A DNA stretch of 32,000 bases, from assembly GCF_002797715.1 (NCBI RefSeq), contig NZ_PGFF01000001.1, forward strand, positions 1,045,304-1,077,303. Direction: 5' to 3'. This document shows, piece by piece, positions 17,350 through 25,386 of this stretch. Each line of letters begins with the position of its first letter. Positions within the stretch are counted from its first letter, which is position 1. The stretch comes from Diaminobutyricimonas aerilata. GTDB taxonomy: Bacteria > Actinomycetota > Actinomycetes > Actinomycetales > Microbacteriaceae. The notes beneath the pieces were generated by a model. It saw nothing but the letters and a program-made list of their open reading frames with translations. It had not been told where the DNA came from and ran no database searches. Position numbers and translations under genes: made by a program.

Positions 17350-17778
17350 ATGATTTCGGACCGGGAACCGGTGGACCTCACGGGCTTCTTCCACGCGTAC
17401 GCGCGTGCCTCGCTCACCGGTGATGCGCACGTGATCGCGGGGGCGCACGGTCCCGGCTACGTCGAGAGCGCGCCGTCGACCGTCGAGGCCTGGATCGTCG
17501 ACGACGAGTACCGCGAGGCGGTGGCCATGCGCAGCGACGGGATGTCGCGGCTCGGTGTCGTCGACGTCTCCGCTGAGGTGCTCGAGACGACCCCGGCGGC
17601 GCCCCATCACGTGCTCGCGAGGGTCGCGTGGACACTGCGGTTCGACCGCGCGGGCGAGACGCGGGAGTCCCGCTTCGAGATCACCTACCTCGTGCGCCTC
17701 GTCGAGTATCCGCTCATCCTCGTCGCCATGTCACATGAGGACGAGGACGAGGTGATGCGTCGGGACGGGCTGCTCTGA
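17350..17778 (+). CDS. hypothetical protein (possibly NTF2/SnoaL-like fold), divergent from vanH
   Basis: 142 aa from the ATG at 17350 with a GGAGGG RBS 8 nt upstream. The composition looks coding and there are no TM segments. The fold assignment is only an impression. Confidence 0.55.
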   Translation: MISDREPVDLTGFFHAYARASLTGDAHVIAGAHGPGYVESAPSTVEAWIVDDEYREAVAMRSDGMSRLGVVDVSAEVLETTPAAPHHVLARVAWTLRFDRAGETRESRFEITYLVRLVEYPLILVAMSHEDEDEVMRRDGLL

Positions 17779-17796
17779 CGACGCGTCAGCGGTGGG

Positions 17797-19845
17797 TCAG
17801 GCCTCCTGCGGATCCACCCAGCGCAGCCAGCTCCACACGGCGAGGGCGAGCAGCCCGAATCCGAGCGCGCTGCCGACGACCGTCGCGAGCGGGAACGTCA
17901 CGGCCGAGGCCAGCACGATCGCCGCGACGGTGACCGCCGCGATCGTCGTGCCGGCCCAGACGACCGGCGACCAGTCGAAGATCGCCCGGCCAGGAAGCGT
18001 GGCGACCGGCAGCAGCAGCACGACGACCGCGCTCAATCCCGCCATCGTGACGGTGGCGAGCGCCTCGCCGGCGAGCGAGCCCCAGAACCCGGCGGACGGC
18101 ACGAGCGCGTCATCGACCACCCAGGCGAGAACAGCGACGGCCGCGGAGGAACCGACCTGGGTCAGGCCGATGAGTCCGCGCCGGCGGCGGTCGATCCCGC
18201 TGCCGAGGACCGCGGCGAGCAGCACCCCGATGACGACGGGTGGCTCGATGCCCCACCAGCGGGTGAGCAGCGCCGATGCGGCGCCGAGCAGCAGGAAGGT
18301 CGGCGCGAGCCGGAATCCGACCTCGGCACGTCCGCCGAGGAGCCGGGCCGGCAACGCGATACCCACCACGTTGAGTACCACGAGGCCGACGGCGATGGCG
18401 GCGACGAGGCGCAGGTAGCGCACCTCGCCCTCCACTCCGCTCGCGAGTGCGGCGAGCGCGGCGGCCCCCACGACGACGCTCGACGCGACGACCCAGGGGT
18501 TGAGCACGGCGTCGTCGTCATCGACGCCGCGGATGCGGTTGCGGCCGGTCAACCGGGCGACCGGCCGGCGCGGCAGTCGCGGGGCGATCGCACGGGCGAG
18601 CAGGCGCAGCGGCAGGGCGACGAACACGACGAAGGCGAGTGCGGCTCCGGCGCCGAGGAGCCACAGCGTCGGCTCGCCCATCCGGCTGAGGGTGGGAAGC
18701 GCCGACGCGTACCGGGTCGGGGCGTTCCAGTCGCTCCGTGGGGGCTCCGTGCCCGGCGGCGGGAAGACGCCCTGACCGTCGGGTGTGGCCTCGGGTAGGG
18801 GAGTGACCGGAGCGGGCGATGACGGTGCCGGCGCGGGCGCCGGGGCGGGAGCGGGCCTCGTCGGACGAGGTGTCGGCGTCGCCGAGGGCGCCGATCCGCC
18901 GATCCTCACGGCGACGGGCGCACTCGAGGCGCTGCGGTTGTCGGCGCCGTCGATCTGCTGCGCCGTCGCGGTGACCTCCCCTTCGCCCGCCTGGGCGACG
19001 CAACTCCAGCGACCCCCGGCGACGAAGGCGGCGCACAGCATCCGACCGGCCGCGATCACCTCGACCGCGGCGCCCTCCTCTCCCGTGCCGGCGAACTCGA
19101 CCGGACCGGCGTCGATCCGGCTGCCGGAACGGGGTGCGGTCACCGTCGGCGCCGCCGGCGCGGTGCGGTCGATCACCACATTGAGGGGAGCGGACGCGTC
19201 GGAGCTGTCGTCACCGGTGGTCGCCCAGGTCTGGGTCGCCCGCACCTGGTACTTGCCCTCTGCGCCGGTGAGCGCGCACGTCCAGACGCCTCCGGCGTCG
19301 GCGGAGCCGCACCTCTGGGTGGTGTCGGTCGTCGGGCCGGTGAGCCGGACCGACACCGTCGCCCCGGGCTGCGCGGTGCCGGAGACGGGACCCCGCGTCA
19401 TGAATACGGAGCTGCCGTGCACGAGCGGAGCACCGAGCACCCGCACCGTGCGTTCTTCCTCACCGGTCACCTCTCCGCCGTCGCGTTCGCGCACGACGAG
19501 CTCGACCGCGCCGTTCGGCAGGGAACGCTCGCAACTCCAGTCGCCGCTCGACTCCACCGGGAGGGAGCACAGCGTGCTGCCTTGCGACAGCACATCGACG
19601 GTGTATCCGGGGGTCGCGGTGCCGGCGATGACGATGCCGGTGTTGCTGCCGAAGAACCGGCCCTCCGCGGGTTCCTGCACCTCGAACCCGGGGCCGGGCA
19701 TCGGGTCCGGCGCGACGGGTCCGCTCGGAGGGGCGGGCGTCGGTTCGGCGGTCGCCGCTGCCGCGGGGGAGAACGTTGCCAGAGCAGCGAGCAGCAGGAT
19801 CGCTGTCGCGTGGAACACGCGGGACGGGGCGAATCCGTACGTCAC
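17797..19845 (-). CDS. secreted Ig-like-repeat protein fused to a C-terminal polytopic membrane domain
   Basis: 682 aa with a GTG start after a CAGGAGGGGGG RBS. The order of elements is:
- Signal peptide (AILLLAALATFSPAAAATA).
- Three beta-rich modules of about 90 aa, each with a Cys pair (C..P..SG.WSC, CGSADAGGVWTC, CAAFVAGGRWSC).
- A Pro/Ala-rich linker (PTPRPTRPAPAPAPAPAPSSPAP).
- About 8 predicted TM helices. Confidence 0.75.
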   Translation of the reverse strand: MTYGFAPSRVFHATAILLLAALATFSPAAAATAEPTPAPPSGPVAPDPMPGPGFEVQEPAEGRFFGSNTGIVIAGTATPGYTVDVLSQGSTLCSLPVESSGDWSCERSLPNGAVELVVRERDGGEVTGEEERTVRVLGAPLVHGSSVFMTRGPVSGTAQPGATVSVRLTGPTTDTTQRCGSADAGGVWTCALTGAEGKYQVRATQTWATTGDDSSDASAPLNVVIDRTAPAAPTVTAPRSGSRIDAGPVEFAGTGEEGAAVEVIAAGRMLCAAFVAGGRWSCVAQAGEGEVTATAQQIDGADNRSASSAPVAVRIGGSAPSATPTPRPTRPAPAPAPAPAPSSPAPVTPLPEATPDGQGVFPPPGTEPPRSDWNAPTRYASALPTLSRMGEPTLWLLGAGAALAFVVFVALPLRLLARAIAPRLPRRPVARLTGRNRIRGVDDDDAVLNPWVVASSVVVGAAALAALASGVEGEVRYLRLVAAIAVGLVVLNVVGIALPARLLGGRAEVGFRLAPTFLLLGAASALLTRWWGIEPPVVIGVLLAAVLGSGIDRRRRGLIGLTQVGSSAAVAVLAWVVDDALVPSAGFWGSLAGEALATVTMAGLSAVVVLLLPVATLPGRAIFDWSPVVWAGTTIAAVTVAAIVLASAVTFPLATVVGSALGFGLLALAVWSWLRWVDPQEA

Positions 19846-19974
19846 CGTCCCCCCTCCTGTCGTGCACCGTGAGGCGCCTGGGCGGCGAGCGTGCAGGAAG
19901 TGTAACTCGCGCCCCTGACTTTTCGGGGACCACGGCGTAGCATGGCGCGAGCAACGATGCGAAAGGGATTCACC

Positions 19975-21219
19975 ATGGGCGATGCCGGGTCACCCGCCCT
20001 CGATCTCGCGCTCGCTCCCGCCCCCAGTGACGCCACCGCCGTCGTCCGCGAACTCGACGAGGCGACGGCCGGCCTCGACGCACCGATCGGGGCGCTCTCG
20101 GTGCCGGCGCTCGCCGCCAACGCCCGCTCGCTCTCCGAGCGTGCAGGACGACTCCCCATCCGCGTCGCGAGCAAGTCCGTGCGCGTGCGGGCCGTGCTCC
20201 ACGCGGTGCTCGCCCTCCCGGGATTCGCGGGTGTGCTCGCCTACACCCTGCGCGAGGCGCTCTGGCTCGCCGAGACGGTGCCCGACGTCGTCGTCGGCTA
20301 CCCGAGCGCCGACCGCGGGGCGATCGCCCGCTTGTGCGCCTCCGAGTCTCTCGCCCGACGGGTGACCCTGATGATCGACGATCTCGACCAGCTCGATCTC
20401 GTCGACTCGGTGGTGCCGGCGGGTCGACGCGGGGACGTGCGCGTGTGTCTCGAGGTCGATGTGGCCCTCACCCACCGGGCGCTCGGCCGCCTCGGGGTGT
20501 GGCGCTCCCCGATCGCCACGGCGGACGACGCCCGCCGCCTCGCCGAGGCGATCGTGCGACGGCGGGGCTTCCGCCTCGTCGGCCTCATGGCGTACGAGGC
20601 GCAACTGGCCGGTCTCGGCGACAGCCCGGCCGGTCGTCCCGTACGCGCCGCCGTCGTCCGCTCGGTGCATCGCCGGTCCCGCGAGGAGGTCGCCGACCGC
20701 CGCGCAGCCGCGGTCTCCGCGGTCAGTGCCGTGACGCCCCTCGAGTTCGTGAACGGAGGAGGGACCGGATCGCTCGAATCCACGAGCGACGATCCATCCG
20801 TCACCGAGGCCGCCGCGGGGAGCGGACTGTTCGGACCGCACCTGTTCGACCAGTACTCGGCGTTCACCCCGTTGCCCGCGGCGGCGTTCGCGCTGCCGGT
20901 CGTCCGCCGGCCCTCACCGCGACGCGTCGTGATCGCGGGCGGCGGTTGGATGGCCTCCGGCCCGGTCGGGCGGGACAGGGAACCCCGCGTGGTGCTGCCC
21001 GAGGGGCTCCGGCCGGAGCCGAGAGAGGGGTTCGGGGAGGTGCAGACCCCGCTCGTCGGTGCTGCGGCGGACGCCGTCGCGGTGGGCGACCGGGTGTGGT
21101 TGAGGCACGCCAAGGCGGGCGAGTTGAGCGAGCACCTCGACCGGTTCGCGCTCGTGTCCGAAGGGGGCGTGCTCGGCCACATCCCCACCTACCGCGGCGA
21201 AGGGAAGGCGTTCCTGTGA
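19975..21219 (+). CDS. alanine-racemase-fold (fold-type III PLP) enzyme, amino-acid deaminase/aldolase-like
   Basis: N-terminal TIM-barrel-like region with a candidate PLP lysine in RVASKSVRV, and GLMAYEAQ. I prefer the ATG at 19975 (GAAAGGGA RBS 6 nt upstream). The ORF track start at 19942 is also possible. Confidence 0.7.
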   Translation: MGDAGSPALDLALAPAPSDATAVVRELDEATAGLDAPIGALSVPALAANARSLSERAGRLPIRVASKSVRVRAVLHAVLALPGFAGVLAYTLREALWLAETVPDVVVGYPSADRGAIARLCASESLARRVTLMIDDLDQLDLVDSVVPAGRRGDVRVCLEVDVALTHRALGRLGVWRSPIATADDARRLAEAIVRRRGFRLVGLMAYEAQLAGLGDSPAGRPVRAAVVRSVHRRSREEVADRRAAAVSAVSAVTPLEFVNGGGTGSLESTSDDPSVTEAAAGSGLFGPHLFDQYSAFTPLPAAAFALPVVRRPSPRRVVIAGGGWMASGPVGRDREPRVVLPEGLRPEPREGFGEVQTPLVGAAADAVAVGDRVWLRHAKAGELSEHLDRFALVSEGGVLGHIPTYRGEGKAFL

Positions 21220-22517
21220 CGCCGTGGCGCACGTGGGGACGCACCGAGACCGTGCACTCGGCGCACGTCGCCCGTCCCGCCTCCGTCGACGCCGTCGCCG
21301 AAGTGGTCGCGCGCGCGGCGCGTGACGGCCGACGGGTGCGGGCGGTCGGCTCCGGGCACAGCTTCAGCGCCGTCGCCGTCGCCCCGGACATCCGGCTCGA
21401 CACGTCCCGACTGACCGGTCTCGTGGCCGTCGACGTGCATGCCCGACGCGCGCGGTTCCGCGCCGGCACGACTCTGCACGACGTCGCCGAGTCGCTGACC
21501 TCCTACGGGCTCGCGATGCCGAACCTCGGCGACATCGACGGCCAGACGCTCGCCGGGGCGATCTCCACCGGCACCCACGGCACCGGACTCGCGTGGGGCG
21601 GACTGTGCACGCAGGTCGTCGGACTGACCCTTGTCACGGGCGCCGGCGAGCTCGTGCGCATCGACGACACCGAGCGCAGCGAGGTGCTGCCCGCCGCCCG
21701 CCTCGCGCTCGGCGCCCTCGGAGTGCTCGTCGAGGTGGAGCTGCAGTGCGTGGAGTCGTTCGCCTTGCGCGCGACGGAACTCGTCGAGCCGCTCGACGAC
21801 GTCGTCGACGCGTTCGGCGAGCGGGCGGCGAACGCCGACCACCTCGAGTTCTACTGGTTCCCGCACACGCGGGTGGCGTGCACGAAGACGAACGAGCGGC
21901 TGCCGCTCGACCAGCCACTGAGTCCGCGCGGTCGGGCGCGGCGATTCGTCGACGAGGTGCTCGTGGAGGGGTACGGCTATCGGATGCTCAACACGGTGGC
22001 GCTCGCGGCGCCCGCGATCGTCCCGCCGGTGAACCGCCTCGCCGCGGAGCTCTTCGCGCGCGGCCAGCATTCGGACGCCGCGCACCGCGTCTTCACCACC
22101 CGACGCACCACGCGGTTCGTCGAGATGGAATATGCGCTTCCCCTCGACGCGGTGCCGGAGGCGTTCCGGGAGGTGCGGCGCCTGATCGAGACACGCGGGT
22201 GGCGCGTGGAGTTCCCCATCGAGGTGCGGGCGGCGGCCGCCGACGACGTGTGGCTCTCCACCGCCTACGGCCGGCCCACGGGGTACATCGCGGTGCACCG
22301 CTACCACCGTCAGTCGCATCGCGAGTACTTCACCGCCGTGGAAGAGGTGCTCGCGGCGTTCGGGGGACGTCCGCACTGGGGCAAGATGCACGGTCGTGTG
22401 CAGGCCGACCTCGCCGCTCTGTACCCGCGTTTCGGCGACTTCGCACGCGTGCGCGACCGCTTCGACCCCGCCCGCGTCTTCTCGAGCGCCCACCTCGAGC
22501 GCATCCTGGGGCACTGA
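21216..22517 (+). CDS. FAD-linked aldonolactone oxidase/dehydrogenase (D-arabinono-1,4-lactone oxidase / L-gulonolactone dehydrogenase family)
   Basis: FAD-binding PCMH-type N-terminus (VRAVGSGHSFS, GTHGTG) and an ALO-type C-terminus (GGRPHWGKMH). The GTG at 21216 overlaps the upstream stop (GTGA). Confidence 0.8.
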   Translation: MTPWRTWGRTETVHSAHVARPASVDAVAEVVARAARDGRRVRAVGSGHSFSAVAVAPDIRLDTSRLTGLVAVDVHARRARFRAGTTLHDVAESLTSYGLAMPNLGDIDGQTLAGAISTGTHGTGLAWGGLCTQVVGLTLVTGAGELVRIDDTERSEVLPAARLALGALGVLVEVELQCVESFALRATELVEPLDDVVDAFGERAANADHLEFYWFPHTRVACTKTNERLPLDQPLSPRGRARRFVDEVLVEGYGYRMLNTVALAAPAIVPPVNRLAAELFARGQHSDAAHRVFTTRRTTRFVEMEYALPLDAVPEAFREVRRLIETRGWRVEFPIEVRAAAADDVWLSTAYGRPTGYIAVHRYHRQSHREYFTAVEEVLAAFGGRPHWGKMHGRVQADLAALYPRFGDFARVRDRFDPARVFSSAHLERILGH

Positions 22518-22569
22518 ACGCGACTCACTGTGCGGGCGAATCCCCAGTCGGAGCTGGGATCGCTCCCGT

Positions 22570-23148
22570 ATGATTCCCGGTATGGAACTCCTCATCGTCG
22601 TCGGCGTGATCGTGCTTCTGGTGCTCATCGCCGGCATCTACCTCTGGGCGACGTACAACTCGCTCGTGAGCCTGAACGTGCGTGTCGACGAGGCGTGGAG
22701 CGACATCACCGTGCAGCTCAAGCGGCGCGCCGACCTCATCCCGAACATCATCGAGGCGGTGAAGGGGTACGCCGCCCACGAGAAGCAGGTGTTCGAGAAC
22801 GTCACCCAGGCGCGCGCCGAGACCGTGTCGGCCGGCAGCCCCGCTGAGGCGTCCGCGGCCGAGAACCACATGCAGCAGGCGCTCAAGAGCATCTTCGCTG
22901 TGGCGGAGGCGTACCCGCAGCTGCAGGCGAACCAGAACTTCCTGCAGTTGCAGGCCGAGCTCGTCGACACCGAGGACAAGATCCAGGCGTCGCGGCGGTT
23001 CTACAACGGCGGCGTGCGCGACCTGAACACGAAGATCAAGCAGTTCCCGAACACGCTGTTCGTGCGGGGTCTCGGGTTCCACGAGCGCGAGTTCTTCGAG
23101 GTCGACGAGCCGGCGGCGATCGCCGAGCCGCCGCGCGTGCAGTTCTGA
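22570..23148 (+). CDS. lemA: LemA family protein
   Basis: N-terminal TM segment then the LemA signature (YNSLVSLNVRVDEAWSDITVQLKRRADLIPN..., AYPQLQANQNF..LQ.EL..TE..I...R..YN). An alternative ATG is at 22582. Confidence 0.85.
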   Translation: MIPGMELLIVVGVIVLLVLIAGIYLWATYNSLVSLNVRVDEAWSDITVQLKRRADLIPNIIEAVKGYAAHEKQVFENVTQARAETVSAGSPAEASAAENHMQQALKSIFAVAEAYPQLQANQNFLQLQAELVDTEDKIQASRRFYNGGVRDLNTKIKQFPNTLFVRGLGFHEREFFEVDEPAAIAEPPRVQF

Positions 23149-23192
23149 CGCCGGCTCCGCGGCGCCACTGATCCACCCAGACCGGGAACCCG

Positions 23193-24086
23193 ATGTACTC
23201 CGCGATCGCCAGGAACAAGCGCAACACCGTCTTCATCATCGCGCTGTTCATCCTCATCATCGGCGCGCTCGGATTCGCCGCCGACCAGATCTGGGGCGGC
23301 GGGCAGTGGGGCATCTTCGTCGGCACGCTCATCGGGGCGAGCATCTACGCCCTCGTGCAGTACTTCGCCGCGGGATCTCAGGCCGTCATGATGAGCGGTG
23401 CGCGTCAGATCGAGAAGCGCGACAACCCGCGGTTGTACCGCATCGTCGAGAACCTCTCGATCGCCGAGGGCATGCCGATGCCGAAGGTGTACATCGTCGA
23501 CGACCCGGCCCCGAACGCGTTCGCGACCGGCCGTGATCCGCAGCATGCCGTCGTCGCCGCCACGACGGGCCTGCTCGACATGATGACCGACTCCGAACTC
23601 GAGGGCGTGATGGCCCACGAGATGGGCCACGTCAAGAACTACGACATCCGCGTCACGACGATCGTGTTCGGGCTCGTCGTCGCGATCGGACTCATCTCCG
23701 ACATCCTGCTGCGGATGTCGTTCTTCTCGGGCGGCAACCGCAACAACAACAACGGCGGCGGCAACCCGATCTTCCTCGTGCTCGGGATCGCCGCGATGGT
23801 GATCGCCCCCCTCGTCGCGACCGTCGTGCAGGCCGCGGTGTCGCGGCAGCGCGAGTACCTCGCGGACGCCACCGGCGCCCTCACGACCCGCCACCCGGAG
23901 GCGCTCGCGAGCGCCCTGCACAAGCTCGGCGAGTACGGACGTCCGATGCGGCGTCAGAACTCGACCATGGCGCACATGTGGATCTCCGACCCGACGAAGC
24001 CGGGTATCGTCGACCGTCTCTTCTCGACGCATCCGCCGATCCCCGACCGCATCCGTCGCCTGCTCGACAACGCCGCTAAGTTCTAG
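23193..24086 (+). CDS. htpX: M48 family zinc metalloprotease HtpX
   Basis: It has the HEMGH zinc motif, four TM segments and the downstream REYLADA glutamate motif. It follows lemA, which is a common pairing. Confidence 0.9.
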   Translation: MYSAIARNKRNTVFIIALFILIIGALGFAADQIWGGGQWGIFVGTLIGASIYALVQYFAAGSQAVMMSGARQIEKRDNPRLYRIVENLSIAEGMPMPKVYIVDDPAPNAFATGRDPQHAVVAATTGLLDMMTDSELEGVMAHEMGHVKNYDIRVTTIVFGLVVAIGLISDILLRMSFFSGGNRNNNNGGGNPIFLVLGIAAMVIAPLVATVVQAAVSRQREYLADATGALTTRHPEALASALHKLGEYGRPMRRQNSTMAHMWISDPTKPGIVDRLFSTHPPIPDRIRRLLDNAAKF

Positions 24087-24118
24087 CCGCGGTTCAGCCG
24101 CGCAGGCGCGTCACGCGC

Positions 24119-24178
24119 GATTTCCCGTCGCGAAGTGCGGGTCGGGCGGCTCCGAACCCGCAATTCGCGACGGGAATC
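24119..24178. terminator. long bidirectional hairpin between convergent htpX and the lipoprotein gene
   Basis: GATTTCCCGTCGCGAAGTGCGGGT (24119-24142) pairs with ACCCGCAATTCGCGACGGGAATC (24156-24178). That gives about 22 bp with one mismatch and one bulge, and a 13-nt loop. Confidence 0.65.
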
Positions 24179-24198
24179 GTCAGCGGGCCGCGTCGAGT

Positions 24199-25329
24199 TC
24201 ACCCCCGCAGCTTCGTCACGATGTGCTGCGCCAAGGCGGTCGTGGCGGCCGGGAGCTCATCGGCGACGCGGAACTCCGGCAGTGAGTCGGTGGGGGAGAA
24301 CATCTCGATACGGATCCAGTTGCGTCCGACCAGCATGTCGGCGATGCATCGCCCGTCGTCGAGGCACTCGAGACGGGCGTGGTCGTCCTCGCCCATGCCC
24401 GAGAGGCTCAGCGGTGTGCCCGTGCGCTCGGCCTTCCGCCATGCCCACTCGCCTGCGGGCAACCAGTCGATCACCGCGACGGAGTAGTCCGCGTGGGGAG
24501 CGCCGATGAGGCACGGCGCGGACCGCATCATGTCCCACGTCGATGCTTCCAGGCTCCATCCACCCGCTGGGCGCACCCACACCATCTCGGTGTCCAGTCC
24601 GAGCAACGCCGTGATCTCGGCCGGCTGCCCGAAACGCTCGCACGATCCATCGAGTCCGATGGTGTCCGCGGGCATCCAGTCCGCTTGGGGAGTGCGCGGC
24701 GACGCGGCGATGGCCGAGGTCACCCGCGCGAAGACCGCGGCGGCAGCAGCGCTCGCCTGTGTCTCCGAGCCGGCGGTGACACCCGACACGGTGACCCGCA
24801 GCCACACGTCGCCGACCAGGTCGTTCTGTTCGCAGCGCCATGTCGCGGCGATGTCGTGGCAGTTCGCCGTGCTGGCCTCCTGCTTGTAGTTCGCGAGGTA
24901 CTTCGGCCATTCGGCCGTCGCATGGGGGAGGGCGTTGACGAGGACGCCGGCGTACAGCTCCGAAGGACTTCCCGTCTCGTCCGCGTAGTAGTCCTTGCCG
25001 TTGTTCCATTCGCAGTGCAGACCGCCCAACTGCTGCGTGCCGTATGCGAGCGGGCCGGTTCCGCCAGGAAGTGTCGACAGTGGTTCGTCCGACGCGACGG
25101 TCACCGGCTGCCACAGTGCGAGGCTCTCGATGTCTTCAGGCGTGACGAGGTCGGCGCACTCCAGATCGAACACGGAGGCCGGCTCGACGACCGGGTCGAC
25201 GGGCGTCGCGCTCGGGGTCGGGGTGGAACTGGGCGAGGGCACGGGGGAGGCGGGCGTCGCGCATCCGGCGAGCAGGAGGATCGAGGCGGTGAGGCCGAGG
25301 AGGGCGGGAAGCGCCCGCGTGCTGGTCAT
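24199..25329 (-). CDS. lipoprotein of unknown function with two tandem Cys-containing domains
   Basis: Signal peptide with the lipobox LLLAGC, followed by a Pro/Ser/Thr linker. Two halves of about 150 aa share a pattern of four Cys residues and motifs (LP..EW, W[LI]R[VI]). Confidence 0.75.
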   Translation of the reverse strand: MTSTRALPALLGLTASILLLAGCATPASPVPSPSSTPTPSATPVDPVVEPASVFDLECADLVTPEDIESLALWQPVTVASDEPLSTLPGGTGPLAYGTQQLGGLHCEWNNGKDYYADETGSPSELYAGVLVNALPHATAEWPKYLANYKQEASTANCHDIAATWRCEQNDLVGDVWLRVTVSGVTAGSETQASAAAAAVFARVTSAIAASPRTPQADWMPADTIGLDGSCERFGQPAEITALLGLDTEMVWVRPAGGWSLEASTWDMMRSAPCLIGAPHADYSVAVIDWLPAGEWAWRKAERTGTPLSLSGMGEDDHARLECLDDGRCIADMLVGRNWIRIEMFSPTDSLPEFRVADELPAATTALAQHIVTKLRG

Positions 25330-25386
25330 GCTCGGAGCATATGGTGACGCAGGCTCAGTTGCGTCTATGGGAAGATATCGACTCGG

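Noticed and set aside
9950-19900. tRNA-adjacent genomic island carrying the van cluster, integrated by a site-specific recombinase
   Set aside because: I found no integrase, recombinase or transposase gene. I found no second copy of the tRNA 3' end (GGTTCGAGTCCCTGCGGGGGCA) that would mark an att site. No obvious GC drop is visible by eye. The accessory nature stays a hypothesis that needs comparative genomics.
23737-23766. AAC/GGC-rich low-complexity tract in htpX (encodes GGNRNNNNGGGN), considered as a microsatellite or contingency locus
   Set aside because: It is in-frame and short, and lies in the cytoplasmic loop where HtpX homologues commonly carry Gly/Asn/Arg-rich linkers. There is no evidence of slippage or frameshift.
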